A DNA stretch of 46,580 bases from Saprolegnia diclina VS20 (GCF_000281045.1 NW_008246091.1:492938-539517); one strand, 5' to 3'. Positions 1 through 11,034 are shown, numbered from the stretch's first letter. The notes: generated by a model from the letters alone, not told the origin. Numbers and translations are program-made.

Positions 1-188
1 CGCCGCTACTATCACGCGATGGTATATCCGGCACTTGGCTCGCCGCGCCGTGGTGCCTTCGCTTGCCGAGTCGCCCTACGCGCCGATCCTTGGTGCTTGA
101 CATTATTGTCCACATCTCACAGTACGCACGCTTTTTTATTTTCTATTGATATACACACGTGTTATAAACGCAAAAACAACGAGGACGT

Positions 189-1238
189 CTACAGCGCGAG
201 GCGCGGGTCAGCCTCGACGACAATCACATTTTGCGAGTTGGTCGCCCACATGGGCAGCCGCCACCCGTGCGTCCACGCTTGTTCTCGCAGAAGAATGGCC
301 AAGGTGACTGCGATCGCGATGCGAAGGCCTTGGCGCGCCGGCGCAACCTTCCGGAGCCAGAGGTAGACGCACGCCGACGCTAGCGCTATCGACGCATACG
401 CATCCGCATACGAGTGCATGATGCGCACGGGGTGCTGGAGAAGGCCGTCGCGAACCATGCCGCCAAAGGTCGACGTCATCATGCCACAGAGCGCGCAGAC
501 CAGAAAGGGCGCGTCGGCACGGATGCCGTTCATGACACCAATGACGGCAAACGCGCCGACGCCGATCGCGTCACCCCACTGCATGGCCGTGCCTTCGCCG
601 CCATCGACGGCCTTGAGCGTGATTCCAGGTAGGATCTCCGTGCCGGGAGCCAGCGCGCCCCAGAGGAAGAACGCAATGCCGGCGGGAATGATACTCAGCA
701 GGAGGTACTCGGCCTCTTCGACCCAGAACGGGGGCTTGCAGAGCACGATCGAGTCACGGAGCGTACCGCCGCCGATGGCCGTGATTGTGCCAATGAGGAG
801 ACTCCCGAGGAGGTTGGCGCCGCACATGGCCGCGGTGAGCGCGCCACTCACAGCAAACACGATGGTACCAAACCAATCCAGGCACCGCAGAAGACCCGTC
901 GGCGTCGAAAAGCCAGGCCAGCGCGGAAGGCCTTCCCGCGGACTCACGACGGCGGCCACAACTGCGACGAGCGCCGGCGTGGGTGGCATGTCAATGTAAT
1001 ATTCGCCGACAACCGAGGCCGACCGGCTCGACGACTCGGGCAGCACGGCAGCGCTATTGCGCTTGGCGCGACCGGGTGTTGGCATCGGGTCGTCGCCGCG
1101 CTTCGGGGTCCGTAGCGGGTTGGCCAGCGGCGGAATGCGCCAGATGCGACTCGGCTTTGGCGACGGCTTGGTCTTGGCGAGTTCTGGGTCGTAGAACGGC
1201 GAGGGCATCGAGTCGAGGAGGTATTGCGTCGTCGCCAT
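189..1238 (-). CDS. Prokaryote-type TRIC / UPF0126 (glycine transporter-like) membrane protein, copy 1, intronless, about 349 aa
   Basis: Two internal repeats with family signatures (LDWFGTIVFAVSGAL...TAIGGGTLRD and DAIGVGAFAVIG...TSTFGGMVRD), about 7 hydrophobic helices. Start taken at MATTQY (CAT 1236-1238), stop 189-191. Confidence 0.88.
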   Translation of the reverse strand: MATTQYLLDSMPSPFYDPELAKTKPSPKPSRIWRIPPLANPLRTPKRGDDPMPTPGRAKRNSAAVLPESSSRSASVVGEYYIDMPPTPALVAVVAAVVSPREGLPRWPGFSTPTGLLRCLDWFGTIVFAVSGALTAAMCGANLLGSLLIGTITAIGGGTLRDSIVLCKPPFWVEEAEYLLLSIIPAGIAFFLWGALAPGTEILPGITLKAVDGGEGTAMQWGDAIGVGAFAVIGVMNGIRADAPFLVCALCGMMTSTFGGMVRDGLLQHPVRIMHSYADAYASIALASACVYLWLRKVAPARQGLRIAIAVTLAILLREQAWTHGWRLPMWATNSQNVIVVEADPRLAL

Positions 1239-2721
1239 GGCGTGTGCTGACCGTGCGCCGGACGCGTGTGGGAGGGGGCTGTGGAGAGAGGACAAAATCT
1301 GAAATTGGGCAAGCGCTGGGCGGGAGGTGTCGACGAGCGTCTTTGGCGCCGTGTGACTGGGCACTTCTGTACGCATATATATAACAGTACTGGGAGGATT
1401 ACCTAACGGCGTCCGCGACGCGCCACAAGTAGCTTGCGCGCTGTTTATGTCGACGCGCGGTGGCAACGCCACGGTTGCCGCGTCAGCTCGGCAGAGAAAC
1501 CTCCGAGCAGGTGCTGCCTTCTGAGATTGCACTTTGTGCAGCAAGCAGTCGTCCAAGGCGAGGACAGCTCGTGGCTCATGGCAGCTCGACGACTCGCGAT
1601 GTGCAGCTGCCCTGTCCTACACTGTGTGCTTGTTGAAGACGAACCTAGGTGAGCGCGTTGGATCGGTTCGACCGCCGCGAATCGACTTTTATCACCCAGT
1701 GGGCGTGCAACGCAAGGACAACGCGCTAGAGAAGCATCAAGATACCAGGTATTAGTGGTGTATGGTGCGAGAAGGAAGATCGCAATTCGGTCGACTGCGC
1801 AATCACGCGAGACAGGCCAACTGGACGCTCGCTTCGCGCAAAGACGCAGCAGTGAGCTTGATGTTGAAGCAACTGCCGACGACGTTAACGGCACCCGAGA
1901 CGTGTACCAGAACTTGACGTCTGCCTCGACCTTCTACGGGAGGGTGTTCTGAATGGGTACCCAGATAACTCGAACAAAGAACTAGAGAACGAAGCCACCA
2001 AGCGCTCAGCGCGCACACGCGGACCACGAGCCGGCCACTGGCGAGCACGCTCACGAAATACTGATCTTACTGATCGAAACTACAAAGTCGATCCGTCCAG
2101 CTGGTAGCATTTGATGAGCGATTCAGACGCATGATTCTCTCTGCTTGTCAACGCACCAGGTATGTTTGGGACCACAAAGGACTGCGCCTTTTCTCGAAGG
2201 ATACCATAAACTACGTCCAGCGCACCAAGCAGCAGCGACATCAGGTGGCCTGGTGCTGCGTGACGAAGCGGCAGATTCAACCAAGGTACTCGGGCTGTCG
2301 TTGTGCCCTTGCGCCCTCCTTTGCTCCATCGAACGATGTGGGCAGATGCGTGTCTGGTCTCGCAGCCAAGTTTCTGACAGTTTTCGCGCTGCCGACGAGA
2401 TCTGAAACAGGCGGCATTCTGAAACGCCGACGCGTCCCAGCCGTCCGTTCTTTGCACCGGCGCCAGCTGCACGCGTGCGACCATTACGTGATGACGTCCT
2501 CGTCACATGTAGCTTCTTCCTCCGCGTCATCAGACAGGAATGGTCTGGATGGCGCTGGTCGTTGCACCTCGCCCGATTTTTGAAACTCTGCGACCACGAG
2601 TACTTCCATTTCTGTTCTCTTGCCTGTACTGTCTGCGCCATCCCGAAATGCTCAATAATCGCTACTAGTACATACGTACACAAGGGCAACGACATCGAAT
2701 AAGTTATCGCAACACCCCAAC

Positions 2722-3774
2722 TTACGCCCGCGACGTGCCATTCGCGCGCGGATCGGTCGTCGTGATCATGACACGCTGCGAGTTGGCGGCCCAGAACGGA
2801 AGGCGCCACCCGTGCGTCCACGCTTGTTCGCGGAGGAAGACGGCGAGGCAAATCGCCGCAAAGATGCGGCAGCCTTGGTAGCGCGGCGCGGCCTTGCGCA
2901 GCGCGAGGTACAAGCACGCGCTCGAGAACGCGACGGTTGCGTACACGTCCGAGTATGAGTGCAAAATGCGCACCGGCCGACCGAGGAGCGTGTCGCGCGT
3001 CAAGCCGCCAAAGGTCGACGTCATCATGCCGCAGAGCGCGCTCACGAGCATCGGCGACGACGCGCGGATGCCGTTCATGGCGCCAATGACGGCGAACGCA
3101 CCGACACCCACCGCATCGCCCCATTCCATGGCCGTACCTTCGCCGCCGTCCGCCGACTTGAGCGTGAGGCCCGAGCCCGGCACGATCTCTTGGCCGGGGC
3201 GCATGTCGCCCCAAAAGTAAAAGGCCGTCGTCGCGGCAAGCGCGCTCATGACGAGGTACTCCCACTCTTCGACCCAGAACGGCTGCTTGTTGAGCACGAG
3301 CGCATCGCGGAGCGTGCCGCCGCCGACCGCCGTGATGGTGCCAATGATGATGGACCCGAGGAGGTCGGCGCCGCACATGGCCGCGGTGAGCGATCCGCTG
3401 GTGGCAAACACGATGGTACCAAACCAATCGAGGCTCCGGAGACACCCGGTCGGCGTCCGGAGGCCCGGCCAGCGCGGCAGGCCCTCGCGCGGCAACGGCT
3501 TGACCTCGGTCGACGACGCGAGCAAGCTTGGCGTGCCAATGTCAATGTGACACGTCTCCGTCGGGCTCTTGAGCGCGGCGGAGAGCGGCGGCGTCGAGAT
3601 CACGTGGTGCATGGGCAGCGGCGACAGGGTTTGCTGCGGCGGCATACTGCGAGAAGAGAGCGGGCGAAAGTGGCGGGGAGGCGCGAAGAGATCGAGAGGG
3701 CCTCGAAGCGACGCCGGGCGGCAGGCGGCGGACGACCGGCGTGAGAGAAGGAAACGGGTAATGGTGGTCGTCAT
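2722..3774 (-). CDS. Prokaryote-type TRIC / UPF0126 membrane protein, copy 2, intronless, about 350 aa, mitochondrial presequence-like N-terminus
   Basis: Clear paralog of 189-1238 (PREGLPRWPG, TAVGGGTLRD, TSTFGGLTRD, REQAWTHGWRLP). Start MTTTITRFLLSRRSS at CAT 3772-3774. Confidence 0.88.
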   Translation of the reverse strand: MTTTITRFLLSRRSSAACRPASLRGPLDLFAPPRHFRPLSSRSMPPQQTLSPLPMHHVISTPPLSAALKSPTETCHIDIGTPSLLASSTEVKPLPREGLPRWPGLRTPTGCLRSLDWFGTIVFATSGSLTAAMCGADLLGSIIIGTITAVGGGTLRDALVLNKQPFWVEEWEYLVMSALAATTAFYFWGDMRPGQEIVPGSGLTLKSADGGEGTAMEWGDAVGVGAFAVIGAMNGIRASSPMLVSALCGMMTSTFGGLTRDTLLGRPVRILHSYSDVYATVAFSSACLYLALRKAAPRYQGCRIFAAICLAVFLREQAWTHGWRLPFWAANSQRVMITTTDPRANGTSRA

Positions 3775-3982
3775 GTGGGCGACGGCGTCAGGAGCGTCGG
3801 GTGCGAAGAGGCCGTGCACCACGCGAATAATGGCCCAGCTGGGGCCAAATCCAAGCTGATGACGAATCGAGTTTTTATACAATGATTTATTCTGATTTGA
3901 AATTTGTAAGCAAAATGAATAATAAGTGATTGGCATCGTTGTGCAATCACCAGCAGCCAGAGTCAACGACTTTGCACGTGTC

Positions 3983-4069
3983 TCATTCCGAAAAGGGGGT
4001 GTTTTCGAGCGTTAGCACATACAAAAAATAAGATATGATTTGGTACAAACACCCCCGTTTCGGAAATGA
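3983..4069. repeat. Imperfect inverted repeat (about 22-bp arms, AT-rich 42-bp spacer); MITE-like or hairpin
   Basis: Left arm tcattccgaaaagggggtgttt (3983-4004); reverse complement of right arm (4047-4069) is tcatttccgaaacgggggtgttt. Confidence 0.7.
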
Positions 4070-5038
4070 AAAGCACTCACTTTGCTACCTAGCTACAGGA
4101 ACCCATGACAATCCTATCGTAGGGTTGAGGCTGGCCCCTGTCAGTCCCTGTGATAGGCGCGCAACAGCTCGTTAAGCGGCCACCAGCCAATGCTTGCGTC
4201 GTCGCAGGCAGCATCGGCGCTCGATTGGCCACATCGCCTTGGGTGACGGCCCCCATGTGGTCGTTGCCCCCCCCGCATCCCACAGCCAAATCCCCTGGAA
4301 TCTAGACAAGGAAACGGTTTATTCTTCAAACGGACAGCGTACGATGTACTAGGGAACGGTAGGGCTGCATTGAGTATCATGATTTCGTATTGCCGTGCTT
4401 GGCCGGGCCCACGCGTGCAGTTGCCTTGGGCTGGTGACAGTAACGAACCACCCAAGAGGCGAGTGTGACTTCATGCGGCTTCGATCAGCACGCCAACTGC
4501 CTTGCCTTGGTTCGTACCTGATTCGATATTTGCGATGTGCTCGGTGGTCGCACCCGTACACAGCGCGCTCGCACCTGGCCTCGAACGACTTGCTCCACTG
4601 CGTTATCCCGATGCGACTGCCTTTTTCGCGGATGAAAACTGTATTTTGGACTTAGAAATGTGCGCAGAATGTGCGTGTGGTGCCACACCCGCCGCCGCTT
4701 GATGCGAACAAGCCGATGGTAGCGTGAACGCACCCTCATGATTCAAACCATAGCTTAGAATAAGCAAAGGCGAGGTGTAGCGATGATGCTAGTTCTGTCG
4801 TGTCCGACTTGGGTGTCTTGCCATCGACGCTGCGCCTGGTGCAATGTGCAGTTGTCTGCTGGTTCGCCGACGGTGTAGCCTACATGACTACTAAGAATCA
4901 GACACTATTGTACATTGGGAACGTTTGTACCAGTGCCAAAAACAGCATGAACTGTGGTTGCTCGTGTTGTTGTGGACTGGAGTCGTGTAGACAGGACCGT
5001 GGACGGCGAAACGTGACTGTTCAAGATCCATAGGGCCG

Positions 5039-5128
5039 CCAATCACCTTTTTGAACGCACAGGCCAATCGCCGGCGCAGACGTTATCCATTTCAACCAAT
5101 TGCGTGGCTATATTTTCGAACCAATCAG
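5039..5128 (+). promoter_or_regulatory. Cluster of CCAAT boxes upstream of the glucosidase II beta-like gene
   Basis: Four CCAAT motifs (about 5039, 5064, 5096, 5121) within 125 bp of ATG 5160; CCAAT is a known oomycete promoter element. Confidence 0.4.
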
Positions 5129-5159
5129 AGCGTGGCTTGTGGCATCGCAGACAACCACG

Positions 5160-6531
5160 ATGACGATGCGGCAAACTCGACGGACGCTTCTGCTGCTGCT
5201 CGTGGCTTGCATCTGCTGCCTCTTCGCTCACCCGGCACTGGCCAGCGCCAATGACGAGGGTGATGCTGCTAATGATGCCGACGACGACGATGACTGGTTT
5301 GGCGGCGCCGACGAGATCGAGGTCGACGATGGCATGACATGCTTGGCACTCCTCGATGCGTCGCTGCTCAACGATGGCTACTGCGACTGCCCGGACGCCG
5401 ACGACGAGTCGCTCACTGGGGCATGTGGCTCGGGCAAATTTACCTGCGCCACGTCGGCGAACGTGATTTCGTCTGCATTTGTCAACGACGGTGTCTGCGA
5501 CTGCTGCGACGGGTCGGACGAGCCATCCATGCACTGCGCCAACACGTGCGACGTGGACGCAAATGCGGTGCGCAAGCGCCTCGAGGCCGTTCTCGCCGAC
5601 GTTGCGGCGGGCGTGCGCGCCAAGGCCGCTCTCGTCGCCGGTGCCGGCGCCGCCCGCGCCCAGTTTGCAACCGACGTGGCGCACTGGGAGACGATGGCCA
5701 ACGAGGTAGCGGCCGAGATGGATGCGATTCAGACGCACTTCAAGTCGTCCAACGCCAAGCCGACCCACGAGGTATCCTTGGCGCCAAACATCCCATGTAC
5801 GATCGAATGCATAGGACCAGCAGCAGTTCCGATACCTACAGTACGTGCAACAAAAAGCCCAGTACTACCAGTACGTGCACGGGAACCTCCTGGCGACCGA
5901 CTTTGGCGACCACGACGCGTACGCATCACTCGTCGGGCAGTGCTTTGAGTATACTGTGAACGAAAAAGAGCTCAAGGGCGGGACGTCCAACACGGTCGCC
6001 AGGACGTACGTCATGGTTGTCTGCCCGTTCCTCAATGTCACGCAGACCGAGCCTGCGTATCACGAGTGGCGGCTCGCACAGGTATTATTGCATGCCGGCA
6101 TCTGCCTATACGCTGCAATTTCATCTATGTAGAAGCAAGCGCAGGCGGGCGAGACGCCGATCACGCCGCCCACAGAGCGCGAAGAGCAACGCCCGATCTT
6201 GCTCGGTGTGTGGGCCAACTGGACGACCGACGTACGACCAACGCATGTGGGCTTGCCGCATGCGCTGTATGACGAGGCACCGGCGCCGCTGGAGGCCGAC
6301 CCGTCGCCCATCCGCGTCCAGATGTACGACCACGGCGAGCGCTGCGGCGAAGCGCCCCGGCGCGTGCACATGCAGATGGAGTGTGCATCGACCAACTACG
6401 TCAAGTTTGTCGAAGAAGGGTCCGTGTGCGTCTACAGCATCGGCTTTGCGACGCCTGCCGCGTGCTCGACAGAGTACGTGCGCCATCTGCAGTCAATGCT
6501 GCGGGCGTCGGCCCACCACGATGAGCTCTAA
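5160..6531 (+). CDS. PRKCSH: Glucosidase II beta subunit-like (PRKCSH family) ER protein; exons about 5160-5771, 5815-6081, 6133-6531
   Basis: Signal peptide, LDLa-like NDGYCDCPD..DE and VNDGVCDCCDGSDE, coiled coil, MRH-like C-terminus (LVGQCFEY, CPF.NVTQ, YDHGERC, C.Y.I.FATPAAC), C-terminal HDEL. GT-AG introns 5772-5814 and 6082-6132 restore the frame. Confidence 0.9.
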
Positions 6532-7149
6532 GTCGATGAAAGCCCCAGCCAACACGGATAATTTTGACTCTGGAGAAACCATATGTGTTGCTACGCTAAG
6601 ACCGCCACGTCCACAACGCGGTAGCCAGCGCACCGACAAGTTGCCTCTTGGCTGGAAGGGAGAGACGTACGACGTCCTTCGTTAGCTGCACTTTGTGCGA
6701 CTAGCGCGTTCGAGCAAGTCGTAAAAACACCTAAAAGTATGCGGCACTTGATCGTAGGTAGAATTGCAGGCAGTGCTGCGACGACTGTGGCTTTGCGGTA
6801 GCGCACCATTGACAGTGTTGGCGTGTGGATCTCGCAGCGGGACGTACCGCGAGTCGACGATGCTTGGCTATTGCTATCGACAAATTTGGAATGAAAGTCC
6901 AATGACATCAGCCTGGCCTCGGAGACGACGTTGGCGTCGGCTTGATCTTTACGGCTGCAAAGTGTCAAAATCGAATGTGGCCCACCGTTCAACCCAAAGA
7001 GCACAACGTGTTGGCCAACGTATTGACCCTTGGCGACACTGACGTTGACACAATGAGGTTGGGTTGGAGATTCGACAAATGATGCTGTTGGCGGAGCTCA
7101 TACTGGTCTCTCTGCGTGGCGAAGATGCCGCCCCAAGACACGGCCAAGC

Positions 7150-7560
7150 ATGATTGGCCATCTCCTTTTGCAGCACGGCGTACGATTGCGCCACGTCATT
7201 ATGCTTCTCGCCAAGCGCGCAAGGGACGACAAGTTTGTTGCGCTCCGCGATGTGCTGCGGCTCTTGCCCACCTGCACGTCGAGGCTTTACCCATCGATCC
7301 CGAATGCACTCGAATGACTCGGGCAGGCATCCCTGGCATCCTGACTCGTGACGGTGCCCGCGACAACGCTATCCTTGGCCAACGACAAGCGAATGCCACG
7401 ATGGCCTTTTGCATTCGCTGCAAACCAGCACGACGCTGTGCGAGCGCAGTCGCACCAACGTCTGAGCCTTGGTGCAAGCCACCAAGGCTTGGCGGCTTAG
7501 GTTGTCGACCTTGCGACGTTTGCTCACGTTGGATTGGCTATTTGAATCCGACTACAGACA
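7150..7560 (+). mobile_element. Probable decayed non-LTR (LINE/L1-like) retrotransposon fragment
   Basis: WCKPPRLGGLG followed after a frameshift by VVDLATFA resembles the conserved post-RT motif of LINE ORF2; surrounding frames are broken by stops. No YADD motif recognised. Confidence 0.35.
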
Positions 7561-7880
7561 TATTCTGCGTTAATTGACAAAAGATCTGAAAAGCGTGGGA
7601 TTTTACCCATGCGTTGGGCATTTTAGAGCAATGCTAGCCGTACGATAGGCCCTGGAACGACATGTGGCGTTGGTAATCCTACTTGGTATATCTATTGCAA
7701 TACTGAATGCAAGATAATAAGTTCTGCTTGTAACACAACACATATTTTGTATTGGTATACTCAACACGGGCTTATTTTTGTCAATTAACGCGGTTGTCAA
7801 TTAGCGCAGAAGATGTCTGTATCTGCCAACCCGATCGCGCACCCGGATACGGAGTTTCGAAGCGTATTTCACAAACCGAG

Positions 7881-9256
7881 ATGACCGACAACGAGCGCAA
7901 GCCGAGGGCGGGTCAGCCGACGCAGCCGGACGCACTCGCCCTTCCGCACGTCGTCGAGGCCATCGCCACGTTCTTGAGCAGCCAGTATGACTTAGCAGCT
8001 TCCTCCGATGCCACGATCTCTCTGGACGCCAGCACTCGCAGCCTTTCGCAACTCCAACACGGCCATGCCATCGTCGGTCCGCGCCGAGTGGCCGCGCATC
8101 GAGCTGTTCAGCGTGGACTTGCCGTCTTCGGTCTTGGCGCTGCTTGCGGCGACGCTTCCGCTGCATCCACACGTTGAACTCCGGTGCTCGGGCCCGGACG
8201 TAGCGCAACTGGCTTCGCTCGTCGCCGTCTTCGGACCTGCTCTCCGCAGCGTCCGTCTTTCTTTTTGGCGCGGCGTGGTCGATGGCCAAGGCCACGCAAT
8301 CGCCACTCTCCTCTTGCAGCACTGCCCGCGTCTGCGCTGCGTGTCTATCTACATCAATTCCTATTCGCAGAACGAGGTCGACGGTCTGCTCGCCATCGTC
8401 ACCCACCCGAACGTCAAGCAGTTGGCCGTAAACATGCAGGGGACGACTACTATTGCGCCGCGACTCGGGCATCACTTGGCCGCATGGCTCTCGACGGCGC
8501 CGGCGACGAAGCTCGACGTGGCCAACGTCACCCAGATGGACCACGATGCTGCCGTTGCGTTCTACGATGCGCTGTAAGCCAACATGATGCTGGACGACCT
8601 CACTATCACCAATGTCGCCAGTCTCGGTGGCTTCCACGGCCGCACGCTCCCAGTGTCGCTGAAGAGATTCGAGTGGAATGGGCGGAGACGTCGACGACGC
8701 AACGGTGACGGACGTCGCAACCGCCGTCGGTCGCACGCAGCTGAAACACCTCAAGTGTCAAGTCTTTGGCCAACTGGCGACATGCCCGGCCGCGGCGCCA
8801 TTGCTGTCGCAACTGCAGTTTCTCACCGTCCACGGGTTGGACGCCGGCCACGCACAGGCATGGATTGCGGGCTTGTCGTCGGTCTCGGCGCTGAAGACTC
8901 TCACACTTCACAACTGTAGCGTCTCGGCGTCGACGCAGATGCTCGTGGAGACGCTCACGACGGCGTGCGTGCCTATGACCCACCTCGAAGTCTACGATCA
9001 GAATGACACCACTGCTGTCCTTTCGCGCTGCAACTTGCCGCAGTTGAAATTAGTCGTCCTGTGGATGCGCCTGCTGCTCCCAGAGCTCTACCTGTGGGCA
9101 CTGGTCGCGACGTCTCATTTGCGAACAGCACATTGCCAGTGGGGACGGACAAATACGTTGTCGACGCGTTCAGTCGACGCACCGATCGTCGCCACAAGTG
9201 TCGTTTGCATCTGTGATCGCTTCGAAGCGCAAATTTGTCATTTTGTTCTAGGTTGA
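7881..9256 (+). pseudogene. Disrupted RNI-like leucine-rich-repeat gene
   Basis: Protein-like sequence (ALALPHVVEAIATFL, MPRSLWTPAL, LAAWLSTAPATKL) split by a frameshift near 8005, an in-frame TAA at 8575-8577 and an extra G near 8680; no intron-sized gaps at these lesions. Confidence 0.72.
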
Positions 9257-9420
9257 AAGGTGGTCATTGGGAAGCCCTAACTTAAGGTTCCAATGAAAGC
9301 TATAACACCTTTGACGATTGAATCTTGCACCTCCTGCCACCGTCCGTTGATTGAAATCTCCACCTGGAGCCAACGCTTTTCATGGCGCACCTTGAAAAGA
9401 GAAGTATCAATGTTTCAAGC

Positions 9421-11034
9421 TTAGCGCACCACGGTGCAAGGCGAGTGGAAACGAATCGACTTGGCGCCACCATGAAAGTGCTGCTTGCCATAGAGATGGT
9501 GCTTTCGACCATATGCTTCCAGTATCGCGTCGTCCTCGGCACAACGATGGCCTCCGCTACTAAACACCAGCGTCATCCGCGACGTCAACGCCAGCGCCGC
9601 GACCAGTTGCTGCTTGGCGGCAAGCGAGAGACCAGCACTGGCAATCGTGATCTTGACCGTGTGTGAATTGCGCGTCTGAGCGAGCGCAGTCGCAAAAGCT
9701 TCCGCACACACATCGCTCTTGATTGCAAGACGGATCTCGCACGCCGTACCTCGGCGACTGAGCCATTGCGGTAGCGCACCAAAGATGATGTTGGCGTGTG
9801 GATCTGGGAGCGGGTCGCATCCCAGATCCAGCTGCACGGTCTTTGGCGACGACCCAAGAAACGCAGCCAGCGACTCGATGGCCGCGTCTGAGAACGTTAC
9901 TGAGAACAGCTCGAGATGCCAGAGGTGGCGCAGTTTTGGGAACCAGGTCAGATGCACCGCCTGAAGCGCAAGTTTGGTCAGCGCCGGTAGCTGCGGCAAG
10001 ACGGAAACGACTGGCGTCGCATCGCAACCGTCTTGCAGCCACACATCCAAGCTTTCAAGGCGCGAACGTGAAATCTTGGCGGCGAGCGCGGCCACATCGG
10101 CTTCACCAAGCGCTGTCGGTGGATCGACGTCGTCGTCGTCGTCGTCGTCGTTGAAATCGTAGTCGTTTTTGAGCGCGTAGTCAAAAATTATCAGGTGACG
10201 CAGTTGCGACGGCAGCGGCGGCGACGACGGACTCAAAATCGCACGCGTGAGGCTCGGGACTGCAGACAAATTGGTTGTCTCGAGCGTACTCGATGCGAGC
10301 ATGGCCACCGCCAGCTCTACGCCGACCTCGTCGTAAAAGTCGGTCCCTTCCAGCTCGAGGTGACGCGCGGTGGGTAGCGCCAGCCACGCAACGAGGGACT
10401 TGCAGTCGGACATGGGCGATAAACTCGACGAGCCAACCCAGATACGCTCGACCTGGGAGCATGTTGCAAGGACAGCGGTCAGCGCAGCGTCAAACGCGGC
10501 TTGTTCTAGGTTTTCTGACTGGCGCATGGTCACCGCTCGGAGGCCATGACACGTCGAGACGCTGTCTGTGAGGACTGCCGCAACGTCCAGAGGGAAATCG
10601 CTCGTGACTCTGAGATCCACGAGGTTTGGAAGCCACTTGCCAAGGGCTGCGCGGACGCTGGTGGCACCCTGAACGTCACAGCGCACGGTCGTCGTTGGTG
10701 CCAGTTCTGTGGAATGACAGATCGCCGCCTGGTCCTGGGCGCGCGTGACAACAATCTCTCTGAAGAGAGGAAGCGCCCTTGTGACGACGCTGGCACTGAT
10801 GCTGTAGACTTCATCCAGACATTCGGCGTATGGCGTGGGCCAAAGCGACAGCTCCACGTCCATAGCCAAGAGCGTCCGGAGCGCGTCGAGCGCGTCATCA
10901 AGGCTGCCATTGGGCGCCGCTTGAAGAAAGGCGTGTGCGTCGTCGGCGTCGTCGAGGTAGTCCAGAATCTGCAGCGCGATCGGCGATAGCAGCCACATTG
11001 CCACTCGGTTGTCGGTGGTCAGTGTGATTGACAT
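9421..11034 (-). CDS. RNI-like leucine-rich-repeat protein, intronless, about 525-537 aa
   Basis: Long open ORF with LxxLxL repeats (LPNLVDLRV, LPALTKLAL, LRHLWHLEL); shares family traits with the adjacent pseudogene (LVAWLALPTARHL). Start 11034 or 10998. Confidence 0.8.
   Translation of the reverse strand: MSITLTTDNRVAMWLLSPIALQILDYLDDADDAHAFLQAAPNGSLDDALDALRTLLAMDVELSLWPTPYAECLDEVYSISASVVTRALPLFREIVVTRAQDQAAICHSTELAPTTTVRCDVQGATSVRAALGKWLPNLVDLRVTSDFPLDVAAVLTDSVSTCHGLRAVTMRQSENLEQAAFDAALTAVLATCSQVERIWVGSSSLSPMSDCKSLVAWLALPTARHLELEGTDFYDEVGVELAVAMLASSTLETTNLSAVPSLTRAILSPSSPPLPSQLRHLIIFDYALKNDYDFNDDDDDDDVDPPTALGEADVAALAAKISRSRLESLDVWLQDGCDATPVVSVLPQLPALTKLALQAVHLTWFPKLRHLWHLELFSVTFSDAAIESLAAFLGSSPKTVQLDLGCDPLPDPHANIIFGALPQWLSRRGTACEIRLAIKSDVCAEAFATALAQTRNSHTVKITIASAGLSLAAKQQLVAALALTSRMTLVFSSGGHRCAEDDAILEAYGRKHHLYGKQHFHGGAKSIRFHSPCTVVR

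Noticed and set aside
1240..2720. ORF extensions upstream of TRIC copy 1 and short ORFs between the two copies
   Set aside because: No recognisable motifs, poor codon bias, mostly alternative starts; possibly decayed sequence but unassignable.
4480..4740. Minus-strand scrap IESGTNQGKAVGV resembling the end of an MDR oxidoreductase
   Set aside because: Single short motif between stops; not enough support.
8575..8577. Stop-codon readthrough or recoding in the LRR gene
   Set aside because: It is TAA and comes with two frameshifts; pseudogenisation is simpler, and TAA is a normal stop in neighbouring genes.
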